A stretch of 64,000 nt of DNA from the NCBI GenBank assembly GCA_027604505.1, contig JADIIX010000004.1, positions 1 through 64,000 on the forward strand. The letters are read 5' to 3'. This document shows positions 36,501 to 50,158 of this stretch, one piece after another (position 1 is the first letter of the stretch; each line of letters begins with the position of its first letter). The position numbers and the translations under genes were made by a program. The notes beneath the pieces are model-generated. The model was not told the DNA's origin. It worked only from the letters and a program-made list of their open reading frames with translations, and searched no databases. This DNA comes from Gonapodya sp. JEL0774 (lineage: Eukaryota).

Positions 36501-38483
36501 CTCAAATATGACAACGCATTGCCGGCAGGACGTGAGTGAGAGATTGCTAAGAGTGTTTGTGGACGGAAACTTACACGCAATTGATTATAACTACAGAGCT
36601 CTTCGCACCAATAAAGAAGGCCAAAGACGGTGTAGACAAAAGATTCAATGAACCTCAAGCGTACAAGCCACAACATTCTGCTAATTCGAGTGCTTCCCTT
36701 TCAATGGCTGCATGGACACCAGAAGAGGAGGAGTGGCTTGTTAGCCTAGCTAAAACGTATCATTGCAATTGGTCCCTCGTATCGGAACTCCTGTTCTCGC
36801 AGCGTTTGGCGCACGTCTTTCGGTCGCCGTGGGACTGTCATGATAAGTACGTGCAGCTTGAAGGGCCTCAAGCGTCTGGTGCCACACCTCAGAACGCTGC
36901 CGACACATCCGCGAATGGAGTCGTAGACGTGCGGCGGAGAGACAAGAAGGCTAAAGGTGCCGATGGATTGAAGAAGCGAGAGCGACTGTTAAAGGCCTTT
37001 GAGGCGATAAGGCGAACGGTTTCAACGAAGAAGAGAGATCCGAAACCCACAGGTATGTGTTGTCCGTAGCCGCCAGCGGCTTGCGTCCGAGCCTACCTCA
37101 TTTTCCTATAATTGTGGGTGCAAAATAGGACAGCAAAATCGCCGAGTCAATCTCACTGCACATGAGACCCACCTGCAATCTCAAATGGGGGCTGGAATCG
37201 ACGTGAATGTACCGCCTCTCGATCCCCTTGCTATGAGTGCCCTAAAAGCGCAGCAAGATGCCAAAGTTCGTCAACAACAGGAGGCCCAAAGGATGGCTGC
37301 TGCTCAGCAACAAGCGATGAACCGCGCCGCGGTAAGAAACATCTCTTATTCTGAACCCTGGGCACAATTTCATCTGTGATGCGTCAGCCTCTTATCGTTG
37401 GAGGCGCAGCCGGCCGACCTTTTATGCCGATGCAGGTGGCTGCTGGTCGACCAATGCCCCGGCCATCAGCATTGGGCACCCCCATGCTTGGATCCCTTGC
37501 TGCCGCTGGTGCGCGACCTCTGCTCTCCCAACCGGGAGCTATTCGAATTCCCAACCAAGCCACCCAAGGTCTTCTACAAGAACAACTACGGCAAATCGGG
37601 CAAGCTGGACAGATGAATCAGATTGCTGCAATGCGACAAGCGCAAACGCAACAGCAAATTCAGGCTGGTGTGCCTGGACAACAACCTGTCGGGACCGCTT
37701 CTTTAGGTCAGGCCACTATCGCACAACAGCAAGCCGCTGCCGTCACGAGGGGGTTGCCCTTGCAGTATGCGCCCGCAGGTTGGCCATTTAACTTTTTTAC
37801 GCGTTACTTTCTGTCTGGAATTCTCATTGCATCACTTGTGCATTCAGATTTAGCATTTGTTCAAAACGCTGTTTCTGGAACACAACTTGGTTCTGTCGCT
37901 GCAACACCTGGCCTACCGGCAGCCTCCGGTGCTGCGATTGCGCTGCGACCCGGCCTTGGCAGTCTGATGCAAGCACAACAATCCCCTGGCCTGAACGTTT
38001 TTCAAAATACACAGCTTACCATAGCGCCAGACCCAAAGCGACAACAAATGATGATGATGGCAGCAATTCGACAAAACCAGGTTAGTTCTTCATGTTTCAG
38101 CATTACTTGCCTAGAATCGACCGTACCTGTTTTACACAAGTTCATGATGGCGCAGAACATGGCTGCTCAAAATAATGCCGCGGGTTCGCCGATCGCTGCG
38201 CAGCAGATGCTCCAGCAGTCTCCGCGGCTCCCACCCAATCAACTTCAGTCAGGATCGCCTGTTGAGACAGGGACCAGGCAGGTTGGTGGTGCACAGATAC
38301 AGGAGGATGAGTCAAGCGCAAATGGGAACGAGCGTGGGGTTGCAGACGATGCGATGGAAGAAATGGAGGAGGCTGAGAGGGAACCAACGGCGCCTCCACA
38401 GGGGACATCGAGACGAAGGAAGGTCGGTTAAGCGCCGCCGACCCGATTACTTCGGTTCGCGATAGAGCACGCGGAATGCCTGA
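33539..38483 (+). CDS. EAF1: NuA4 scaffold subunit Eaf1/Vid21 (HSA + SANT/Myb, Q-rich tail)
   Basis: N-terminal VLARRDVLLRELF, then WSLRQLKK..EP..KAHRDFLLEEM|KWMQQDFKQERRWK (HSA) and WTPEEEEWLV..YHCNWSLVSE..RSPWDC (SANT). The last exon is tentative (alternative stop at 38431). Confidence 0.88.
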
Positions 38484-38780
38484 TATCCATTATAGCGAAT
38501 GACGTATGTACATAATATTGCAATGTTACTGCCGCGGGGTTTTCCCTAGCAAGCGCGGCTGATTATTGGTTTGGGTGCAGATTCAACTATACACTTTCCA
38601 TAGAGCCATATTGCTGCTATCGAATGTGGGCATGGTGGATAACAAATGACGAGTTGTATTCCGACATCACATTTATTCCTGTGTTGTCTCCTGCGGCGGA
38701 TTGGAGGTGCGGTGAACACCCCGGGCGCACCCGGACACCACAGCGCCATTTTACTGTGAGAAGCATAAGGAACAAGAACT

Positions 38781-40016
38781 ATGGCCTCCCTCGCAACTTG
38801 CCAGGTAAGCTAACACTTGAGCAGTCGCGGATTGCAAGCCCTTGGAATCTGCAACCCATCCTTGCTTTTGGGGGGCCATTATGGTCATTTTGGTCTCTCT
38901 TCGTAGGCCCTCACCACCAACACAACATGTGCCGGAACTGCAGGATGCTCTTACTGTGAGATGTTCTCAATTCACAGTTGAAAATGAGGGCTAAACTGCG
39001 CCACCTTGGATGTACTTGTTGCACTTACGATTGCAGGTGGACCAAACTTCGGTTGTCTGCCCACTGCTGTACAGACCTCATGTCCCCGTGATTGTGGAAC
39101 TACCGACAGAACATGCTACACTACCGGTGAGGTACATCGTTGTTGAAGTGATACTGCCCTAGAAATGACCCATCGATCCCCCCTGACCGGCTCTTTTCCA
39201 TACATATCAGATGTACTCCCCATTGTTCCAGGGACTTGCATCTTGACATCTTGCTTTGGGGATGGTTGCGCAAATGGTGAATCCCAATTTCAGAGTTCGG
39301 TGGTATCATTTTGTTAAGTTGTGTATCCGCTTTTCACAGGTATATATTGCGAGGATTTATGTCAATCCCTCCTTACGGTCTACGACATCTGCCAGATTGT
39401 CACTATCGCAAACTCTAGTTCGACGCTTCCAATCGCCACTACGGCAACGACATCTGTCCGTTCTTCGTCAGCTGCTTCTTCTTCCGCTCTCGTGATCTCC
39501 TCCACCTTTTCTTCAATACGTTCCTCTGCGTCTCCACCACCTCTCACGACTACTGCTGCAGCACAACCCCCACCCCCGCCGAGGGCTGCACCTCCCCCTC
39601 CACTGCCAAGCTCGAGCGCAATATCGTCAGCAGTCTCAACGCAGGGAAGCCTCTCTGGGAACATAGGAGCATCACCACCAAGTTCAGATTCCGATAACTC
39701 GAGCACGCAAAAGGTGATTTTGGGTGTGACTGTTCCTTTATTCGCAGTTGTAAGTGTCTGCAACCTCTTTGTTGGAGGTGCCGTCCAAATTCCTCACGCT
39801 CGCACCATTTCAATTTAGGGCTTAATTTTACTTGCAACTGGGATATTTATATACCGCCGCGGTGAATTACGGCGCCAGGAGCGCAGAAACCGTATCGCAC
39901 TCAAGAAAGCTAAATCTACAATCTACCACGAAACTACTAGCAATGCGGGGTCGGTCATGAGCTTCCCCCTGACGGTCAATGGCACCAGTGTTGTGAGCGG
40001 CAGCCAGAGGCGATAG
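38781..40016 (+). CDS. Single-pass membrane protein: Cys-rich (PSI-like) head, Ser/Thr/Pro stalk, TM, basic tail
   Basis: Spliced MASLATCQ|ALTTNTTCAGTAGCSY|CGPNFGC..CPRDC..., an S/T stalk, then VILGVTVPLFAV|GLILLATGIFIYRR. Confidence 0.7.
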
Positions 40017-40053
40017 AAGCGATGGCTCGTTGGAGCGTGGGGTATCGACACAT

Positions 40054-40863
40054 TTATTTGGCAGCCGTCTGTTTGGACATTTTATCTTGCATTGCTTCCG
40101 CTATCGCTGGGTTAGCAGATGGGAGCAACCATATGTATGCTCAAAATACCAGTGACCATGAATGACGAACAGTGTTCTCACCCCGAGCTGCAGCTTGTCT
40201 GGAATTGATTGTTTCTCCCAATTTGTCCAGCTGCACTTTGACAAACGTCGATTTCTTAGAGTAATAGGATTTAGCATCAGCAATCGACTGTTGAAGAATC
40301 ATGTATGAGCGGAAGTTGTGTCAATCAGCCATGGCGAAACGCACCTTCTCGACAAAATATCCTGTCCCGACATCCACAATAACGCTCTCTGGGCTCGCGA
40401 CTTCTCCTGGCACGTACAGACTGCTGGTCAGTGGCACCAGCATTGGTTTCCCTGGTCATCATTTGTGTATTCACCAACATGCTCAGCGTAGATTTGGAAG
40501 CGATACACACCATTTGCATCTCGACTCAATAAATTTAGAGTAGTTTCGTTTTCTGCGAATTTCATATGCGCTTGGCGCAGGGCAGCGTACGATTGGGTCA
40601 ATTGCTGGAGCTCCTGGTTATTTCCAAGAGGAATTCAGCCAGTGACAAGAGTGGAAACCCCGGGGAGAGCGATCAAAGTGATATTGAATGAAAGCAAAAG
40701 AATTTCAGATATCATTGAGGCGTGATTTCGATGATACTGGGAAATCATTGCATCAGCAAACCTCGTCAAGACTCTGCTTCAAATTCTGTAATTGATTGAT
40801 GTTGAGAGAGGTCAATTCGATGGCAGGTGCCGCTGAAGCATCCGGAGAGCTAGGTTTGGCCAT
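40054..40863 (-). CDS. GIM5: Prefoldin subunit 5 (alpha type), five exons; not visible in the ORF track
   Basis: [39 protein letters not shown]..|[40 protein letters not shown].., the PFDN5 signature. Confidence 0.93.
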
Positions 40864-41013
40864 TGGGGAGCTTGAAGGAAAAGAATGCGGGCTTTGTCCA
40901 CCGATCCGACTCACCCGGAAGTACACGCCTTTACATAAGACGGTCAGAAATTTGAAATTTCAAAGTATTACGCATACGGATACATCCACCATGAGGTGGT
41001 GAGTGAGTATTTT

Positions 41014-42873
41014 CTACTTCGCCTCATCAACTGCCTCCTCCTTAACCTCTTCGCCAGCCTTCTCGCCTTAAGAAGCGGATCCACATCAAATGGATTGGTG
41101 TTGGCAATGGTAAAATTGGTCAGTCATACACAAAGCGCATGCGTTAGTTTGAGACCTCTGAATGTTCATACGAAATGAATAGCCTCACCATCTTGGAGGT
41201 CTGAAATTTGGAGAAAACGAAGGTCATGCAGGCCAAACACGGTTAGCGCGCACGAGCAAATTTTGAGTTGTCAACGACATGACGTACCGCTGGTCCAGAG
41301 TGTCAGGTTATCACGCAGAAGCTGCATGATGAGCGTGGAGTCCTTGTACGACTCTTCACTCAGTGTGTCCAGTTCTGCAATAGCGTCATCGAATGCCTGT
41401 TTCGCCAAGTGGCAGGCGCGGTCCGGTGAGTTCAGAATCTCATAGTAGAACACGGAAAAGTTGAGAGCAAGGCCGAGACGGATGGGGTGCGTGGGCGCCA
41501 GGTCAGTCTGTGCAATATCGGTGGCAGCTTTGTAGGCATCATGCGCTTTTGCCGCTGCGTCCTTCCGTTTGTCGGCAGTGGCGAACTCAGCCAAATAACG
41601 GTGGTAGTCCCCCTTCCTGTGTAACGGATTGAAGGTGAAGGCGATCGTCGCGAGAGGCATGATCAAAGGGATAAGGAGGTTCTCAACAATTGAGCTGTCA
41701 ATACAGGTATGACTCACATCTTGTAATAGAACACCTTCGACTCTCCAGATTCGGCTGAGCCTATGAGGTGCTCGTCCAGTACCTTCAAGATATCGGTGCA
41801 CACATCGGAGAGCTCCAACTCGATTTTGGTGCGATAATCGCGAATCTTCTTGACTTGAGCTTCGTTACCCTTGGACTCCTCCTTCTGTTCAATAGATGAC
41901 ACAATGCGCCAAGAGGCCCGACGTGCACCAATCACGTTCTTGTAGGCAACAGAAAGAAGATTACGCTCCTCGACGGTCAGCTCAACACCCATCTGTAATC
42001 ACACGACAACACGTTGTAGAAGTGGAACAGCAAAAGCGTGCCCGGGTAGAGTCGATGCGAATATTTGAGGAATATATCCACAAGTGCGCGAGACGGAAAA
42101 AGAACAAATAAACGAACCCTAGCAACGTCCTTGAATATTAATTTTCCAAAAAGAGGGTTGAACGATTGGGTTGAAGAAAGGGCTTGGAATCACCATCTAC
42201 CTTCATGAATGAAACCATCTCTGCGGTGTTCAAAGTCACAATTATCAGACCACATTAACATTCAATCGACAAGAGTTAATTTTCCTCCATGTCCGGATGT
42301 TCTAAACTCACCGTCATATCTTTCAGCCTGGTGGACAACAATCGCAGCCAACATATGGGAGGTGATTCGGATCAGGAGAGCGTCAAGTCTCAGCAAGGCG
42401 AGCAATACTGAATATTATTCTCGCGTACCTGCTCCGATAGCTTGGCCTGTCAGGATGCAAGGCGAGTTAGGAGTAGAATGACAAGAATGAGTGAATTCGG
42501 ATGTCGAGAGAAAATGGCATCCACATGTCACAAAGATGTGTACTTACCATGTAAACAAGATGGTCCCTGCGTTCTGGATGTTATCGAGTGTTCGGCAAAG
42601 GTCAAGGTTGTTTGAATGAAACAGGAGTTGGCAGAAAAGCCGCGTGGACGCATTCGCGCGGCAACATGAGACCACAACAAGCGCAAAATGAGGAAACGTG
42701 CGTTAGCCTGGGCCAAGGCATAGGAGACGCGCCAGAGGTGGCGGTGTCCAGTCGGCGTGGGTCTTTGTTTTCAAAGCGCGAGAGCGCGAACACTCAAGTA
42801 ATCCAGGGAATCACACCGCTTCGCTCCGCCAAACAAGTGAGGCTTAATCCGCACCTTTCTGTTCAGCGGACAT
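41014..42873 (-). CDS. 14-3-3 protein
   Basis: [56 protein letters not shown]...[15 protein letters not shown]. Confidence 0.97.
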
Positions 42874-43239
42874 GGTGGATGCAAGGGCTAACAGTTGGGG
42901 ATATGAATGAAGGTTGGAAGTTTTGGAGTCACGTGAGCCATTTTTACACATTTAGGCAACCACTATGAGCAACTCTTCTCGAACGAACAACGCAGTTCTT
43001 CAAACTTTTTATCTCATGATTCCAATGTATTATTAGTTTCTCATATTTGAATGGCGTTGTCCGACACCTACAATTATATATCGGGGAAGTAAAGTATGTG
43101 TTGGAATCCACATGCAGGTTACTTACTGCAATTGTGTGAAATCAAAACATGGCGAAGATGGTGGGAGACCGCAGGGTGGATCAACATGCATATACTCCCA
43201 TAACCCCATATATTATTAGTTCGAGTTCGCAACTCTCCG

Positions 43240-45381
43240 ATGGGTAACAAGCACAGCAAGTCGAAGAGCAGAGTTGGCCGTGCTCACTCTACCGCAGGAC
43301 GGAAAGCTAAGACCATGGTCTCGTCGCCAGACATAGAACCGCAGAAGACACCTGCATCATCTAAGGTGATTCGACCGTTGCCGCATTGATCTTCCCTTGA
43401 CGCACAGTATCTGCATCTACGATCACTGACTCCCAGCTATATGCTGGTGATTGCCCCCCTTGTGGCAATCCCTGGGACTTGTGCGTGGGGTTGTTCCGTT
43501 ATTTTACAATAGCCGGTGGAGGTTCAAGTAGTGCAGGTTTCATCTCTCGCAGAGGAATACGCAGCATATGGTCTACCAAATCGGAAGAAAGATATTGAAG
43601 TTGGCGCTGATGTGAGTTCTTAAAGAACGTCATCTTGTCCGTGTGGCTACACCCATGTACATGATGCCTCTGCTGCATAGACACGTTTGGCATTTGTCAC
43701 AGGCGCCATGCAAGGATGGAGGGATAGTGAGTGACTTCGGGGCTATTTTTTAGGGGCTGCTTTGCTGGGGAAACGTGTCGCAGACCATCTGATTCTCGCT
43801 ATTTGGGAACGAACCCAAGCCATGGAAGGTGGGCAATCATTGAGCCTCATGGGAGTTCTGCTTGATAGCTTCCCTCAACGTTTTTTGATATTCTACTTAG
43901 ATGCGCATGTTGCCCTTCTGAAGGTAAGAGTCACTGCGTGCGGTTTCGTATTCAACTCCTGTGGGCAACTCAAGCTCCTGTCCTTGACTCAATAATCGTA
44001 ACTCTGAAGCTACCCATACCACAGGAGCTCAAAGAAATAGCCTCCAAACAATTCGCATTTTTCGCAGTGTACGACGGTCACGGTGGTGATGCAGTTTCGC
44101 AGGTAAACGCGTGACGGATGCGATCTTGCGGTTTACCAGGTTGAAAATGCGTTCCCTCAGTACGCTGGACAAGTTCTGCACAGGCGCCTTGTCGCGCGGC
44201 CTGAGTTCTCAAATGGCGACTACCCTGCAGCCTTGCGCGCCACGTTTTGGGCACTAGACAATGAAATGAGGAGAGGTACTCATCATTACAGATCTCTTCT
44301 GAAGCTCTCCCTCAACAGCTTTATTCTCTGCACCTTTATTCAACGTGAAACTAAGATTCCCACCTTGGCACAGGAGGAGCGGGTTGTACAGCAATCGCGG
44401 CGCTCATGACACCAGATGGCAACATTTTTGTCGGCAATGGTGAGTACGGTGTCTGAACATTGAGATCTGAATCATGAGAACACACTTGCAAACTCTCTAC
44501 CTCGGACACAGCGGGAGATTGCCGCGCTGTACTTTCTGTGGCGGGTTCGGCAGTTGCCTTGTCCACCGACCACAAGCCCACCGTCCCCGCCGAAGCCGAG
44601 CGTATCCTGAAGTCTGGAGGAAAAATTGAGGTGCGTGATTGATCTCTTGTTTCTAGCTGTAGTATCTGTATCCGTCTTGACTTACATTCGTATATCTCAA
44701 TCGATCCCCTCGGTGAATGTTTTGTTAAAGGATGACCGCGTGGAAGGAGATCTGGCTGTTTCTCGTGCCCTGGGTGACTTTGAATACAAGCCTAACCCAG
44801 CCGACCCGCTTGTGAGCCCTGAGCCGGACGTGGTCTGCCATGCAATAACCCCCGAAGTCGAATTCTTGATTATGGCCTGTGATGGTATCTGGGATTGCCT
44901 TCGTTCGCAAGAAGCAGTCGACTTTGTGAGACAGCAAATCGCCAAAGGCTACACAATGCCCGAGACTGCCGAACGTCTTCTCGACCGTTGCCTTGCAGTC
45001 GAGCCAAATGAGTTTGGTATTGGCTGTGACAATATGTCAGTGGTAATTGTAGCGATCCTTGCTGGCAAGGATTACAGCGAGTGGGCGGCCGCAATCAAAG
45101 ACAGGCTTGAGGCAACCAACGATGGAGACTCAACGGTAATCGCCACAACCGTGACGGGAGGATCACCGGCATCTGCGTCTACAGCCGGATCACCTGCAAC
45201 AGATGGTTCTGAAAACGTAGCTGAGACGAATGTTGAACCAGTGACTGGACACGCAGCCACCGCGTACTCGATACGGAGAGGTTATGGTAAGAGGGGAGTT
45301 GATGCACAACCAGTCAAGGCCAAGGGAGTGGAGGAGATGATGTCGGATTTGAACCAAGAAGCTGATGGAGAAAAATACTAG
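43240..45381 (+). CDS. Protein phosphatase 2C (Ptc2/Ptc3-like), predicted N-myristoylated
   Basis: MGNKHS start, then MQGWR, MEDAH, VYDGHGG, GCTA, NAGDCR, DHKP, VSRALGD, ACDGIWD, DNMS. Confidence 0.93.
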
Positions 45382-45518
45382 TTATACTTTATACACTCAC
45401 AACCTGTGACCTTTACATAATCACGGGGTAATGAACAATGGGTATTTATTTGCACATGCGCCACTTTACAGCGCTTTGGTGTGACTCCACAGTCCACACT
45501 TCACTCACATACCCGAAA

Positions 45519-47562
45519 ATGGCACCTGTCGCATTGACCCCTGCAGCCAACGGAGTGAAGTCAGAGATTGGTGTGGCTCTTTTACCGAACCAACGGCATG
45601 ACATCGTTTACCGCAAGGGGACGAATTACAATATTCTCGTTGTTGGTGAGTGGCGTAGGGCTGGGCAGAGGAGCCTGATCCAGCATTCCGGTTTTCAAGA
45701 CGATGTTTCACTCTGCTTTATTGAGATCGTGTGTTTCTGATGTCTTCCTGTCGTGTCTGTGCCGTTTATTTTGCAGGGGAGTCTGGTAGTGGCAAAACGA
45801 CGTGAGCTTTCCTCAAACCAGCCCAAGACCGCGACACAAAGTACTGATACTGGAATCTATCAATCCCTTTCTCTCGTGTCCTCTACTCTTCACCATTTAG
45901 ATTCATCAACACCCTGTTTTCGACTCTCATGAAGGACTATGAGAACGAGATGGAACGCTTTGAAAAGCAGTATGGACACACTGTAGACATTACAATCATG
46001 CGTGCAGGTGAGAGAACTGGAGATTGTCAGCTTCAGGAAGCCTTGCCCCGAAAGTGACACTATGGACTCTTGATCATTGTTGTTGGTACAATGTGACATT
46101 CACTAGACATTGAAGAGAAAGGGTTTCATTGCCGTCTAACCATCATCGATACTCCTGGCTTTGGGGATTATGTGAACAACTCCGACTGTTGGGTGCCAAT
46201 CGTCGACTATGTCGACGACCAGCATGCAGCCTATCTGGAGCAGGAACAACAACCAAAGCGCGATAATATTGATGACATGAGGGTTCATGTTTGCCTCTAC
46301 TTTGTCCAACCTACGGGCCACAAGTGCGTTTCATGTATTTCTGTACTGGACTGACCACTCCTGACACTCCCTCCGCCTTTGCTACCTGAAAACGACAACG
46401 ATCTCTCTTCAAACGTGGTTTTTTGAGAAAAGCCTCTCTGCGCTTGACATCCGGGTGATGAAGGAGTTATCAACTCGCGTCAACGTGATCCCTGTGATCG
46501 CTAAGGCGGACACACTCACACGTGCAGAAATTACGGCGTTCAAGGATAGGGTGGGTCTCTTTTTGTCCCCTGTGGTTCGGTGCGCGATTGAGCAACGTTA
46601 TTCCCAGATTCGTGACGCTCTCTACACACACGGAATCAGTGTGTACACCCCCCCAAACGATGCCGACGACGAGGAAGATCAGCAGCGCAACAGGGAGCTA
46701 ATGGTGGGTTTTCCGCTCATTCATTTTGGGGTCAAGTCAAATTTTATGGTTTTTGGTCGATTCATCAAGGGTGCCCTACCATTTGCCATAATCGGCAGTG
46801 ACAAAGAGGTTGTGAAGAAGGACGGTACCAGGGTGAAAGGAAGGCAGTACCTGTGGGGGGTGGCTGAAGGTAATTGTTTGCTAGCGAGATCGTTTCACTC
46901 CGAAGCGTTACCACTTTTTTGCATTGCTCCATTTAGTTGAAAACGAGAACCACTGTGACTTCGTCAAGTTACGCAATTTGCTTATGAGGTGAGCTTCTGA
47001 ATTGCCCTTTGTATTACTCAATAGCTTATGTCGTGGTATCTAGGCGCCATATGGATGACCTGGTTCACCAAACGGAGGATATGCACTATGAGACTTTCCG
47101 CAGTGCGAAGATGGCTTCGGAGGGCAAGAACGACGATGATCCTGTGACCAGGTTTGTTGAGCGACTTTCGGCCTGGTGGCGTTTCGGAAGTTCATGTCTT
47201 ATCCGTATTCCGCCTCGTTGTTTGGATGCTCACATCCCTATGTCTTTCTCTTCTTTCCGGTGTCAGGGCTCGAAAGCAACTCGAGGTCAAAATGAAGGAG
47301 GATGAGGAAAACATGCGTCGTCGGTTCACGGAGCTCGTGAGGCAAGAAGAGAACAGGTTTAAGTCTTGGGAACAGAAAGTGAGCAACCTTGCCGGTAGCA
47401 GTATTCTTTGATCTCTTTGCCATAAAGACGTTCGGTGTTTTTTTTTTACAGCTGCTCTCGGAGAGGGACCGTTTGAACAAAGATTTGGAGGAGAGCCATA
47501 TGCAGGTCAAGAAGCTCTCAGATGAGGTTAGGGGCCTTGAAGATGGAAGGGGCAGGTTCTGA
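45519..47562 (+). CDS. CDC12: Septin, Cdc12 group
   Basis: [43 protein letters not shown], and the C-terminal [24 protein letters not shown] typical of Cdc12/Spn4. Confidence 0.9.
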
Positions 47563-48027
47563 GCACTAGAGTACTCATGCATTCGGGGACGTCAGGGGCT
47601 ATGTGATTGCGGTTAGTGAGGATTTACAAAGTACATACATTTTGCGATGTGCAAACCGAGCACAACATAAACAACTGACGAAGTCTGAAAGCTGAGAGAA
47701 ACTTCGAATGGGCGACCATCCACGATTCAATGTTTTAGATACAGAACGCTTCTGCCGATAGTGATGTCCCTACAGTGACCCGAATACGAGCCACTACATA
47801 TGCAGATTCGAAAGTGACGTGCCTACAATGCGGAAGTTCCAGGCTCCATCTCTTTGGCACAATCCCAATACACCGTGTACCTATCCAATCACAAGCCTCA
47901 CAAATGGAGCGCTCTCTCTGCTTCGCAATACTCCTCCGTCTGCACGTATCCGTAAATTGTCTCGGTGGGTATCTTCATGGAACCCTAAGATAGAAATACA
48001 ACAGCTTAGTTTGTGAGTCAGATTTCA

Positions 48028-50158
48028 TCACGGTCGCCGGGATGGCCTCCGACTGAAAGGCAACATGAAGCATCAGTGAACACAGATATGGAACAGGGTG
48101 TGGAGACAGGTCCCACCTGCTTTGTCTCGCCTCCTCCGCTTCCGGCCCTTCCTCTTCTTTCTTGATATCCGCATCGGTGCCTTGCTGTGCCTGCCCCGCA
48201 CCAGCTGCCTTCTCCTGAAATTTCACGATGGTCCAGTCGAAAACGAAATCATAGTGGTAGCCTTCACGAATGAAAAGATCTCGCAAGAGCTTCCGCAGGT
48301 AAGAATAATCCGGCTTATCATCAAAGCGGAGTGATCGGGTGTAATTAAGGTAGACGGCGAACTCGTTGGGAAACCCTCTGTAATTGAACCGAAGGTTCGT
48401 TGCTCAGTGAATAACTCACAACCGTATGCACAAACGCGAGCATAAGCAAAAGCGGCCAATCAGATCAAAGACAGGCTCTTGGAACAGCCCGTACTATCCA
48501 TTGTCCGGCAAAACAATTCCGATATTTGAAAAGTATTGGATACGTACCTGCAAAGTACCTCAGTTGGTGTGGTCATTTTCTTCTCCATAATTCTGTCATA
48601 CTTCTGCTTTTTGGTCGCAGCTTTGAGCCCTTGCCATGGCAAGGAACCTCGACAGAAATACATCAGAACATAGCCCAGCGATTCGAGATCGTCTCGTCGG
48701 GATTGCTCTGGGAGGTTGTTGGAGTTCAGTGGATAATGAGCGAGAGCGGGAAAATATGAGGCCCGGGTGGTGTAAAGGATTAAAGAGACGGTACAATCAG
48801 ATGTTCGTCGACCGCATACGCCAAGGCAGATCCAAAGATGTTTGACAATTACTGTCACGATATTCTGAAGGGGAACTCACCGACGCCAAGATGCGTATTT
48901 ATACTCGCGTATCGTGCTGTTCCAGTCAAGTTCTTGTTCTCTCTGTACGGAATGTGGAGGTGCGTCTTCGGGTCCCGATATTTCTTCGCCAAACCGAAGT
49001 CTATTACGTTGACTTGATTAGCACGCTTGCCCAAGCCCATCAAAAAGTTATCAGGCTTAATATCTCGATGGATGAAGTTTTTTGAGTGGATGTACTCGAT
49101 GCGAGAAATCTAAGGCGGCGTGAGACAATAGAAGAAAACAGAAAATTATGTGACGACTGATGAAAATGTCTCTTCATTCTTTCCCCCAAGAAAGGTAGCT
49201 CAGTAGCAGATAAAGTCCCAGTCGGTGCACCCAAAGGACGAGCCGTCCGGCTAAAAACCTTGTACCCACCAACTGGTCCGCAAGAAGTAGTACCGTCTTT
49301 AGAGTAAATTTGCGGTTGCAGAAGTTGAATAGATCCTCCAAGCTGGGGCCCAGCAAGTCGATCACCATACAGTTGAAATCACCCTCAACTCCAAACCACC
49401 GCACGAATGGTATGCCGACACCTCCTGCTAAAGACTTGTACACTTTCGCCTCGTACTCAAGTTGAGGGTGCTTGGCTTTGACGGATTCAAGTTTAATGGC
49501 AACCTCCTCGCCGTTGATAATATTGATCCCTGGTTAACGGAGGCATATCAGTGACGTGTCATGTAAACAAAGATGTCATGCCAAATGGGGAAAAGGTGGA
49601 CTACATTGGCGCTTGAAAAAAATGATGCGTGATGCAAACAGATGGAATCCAAACTTTCATCCATCTGAGGGATCGGCTTCTAATTCTGGATATCAAAACA
49701 TCCTCCCGGGTTATCAGAACCATCGCCAGGATCCATCGGTCCACGAACTTCACTCAAGACCCGAAGATTGTCGACTTAGAGGTTTTTGACCGTGAACCAG
49801 TAAACGTGGGACGCTTCACACAGACCTGCCCCTGGCTAACATATGGCAAGGATAATGTCAGGCCCCTGGTACGGCTGACGCAATGTGGTCTGAAGATCTC
49901 CTAGAGCCAAACATTCCCCTTTCCCTCCAACGGTTCTTCCTTTTTGTGGTACTAACCAAGATAAATGTCACCGAAACTTCCGCTGCCAATCTTTCGTCCG
50001 ACTTTGTACTTGTTTCCAATACGGATATCCAAAAGTTGTCCTGGAGCTCCTGCCTGTGCCGATGCTGAAGCTCCAGAACCCATAGCAAGCATATTGTTGG
50101 TTTGGGATCCAAGAGGGGCGGAGGAGCCCAACTGGGGTACGTTGGTCATGGTTTGCAT
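48028..50158 (-). CDS. Casein kinase I (Hrr25/Hhp1-like)
   Basis: [68 protein letters not shown]. The stop position is predicted by splicing. Confidence 0.95.
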
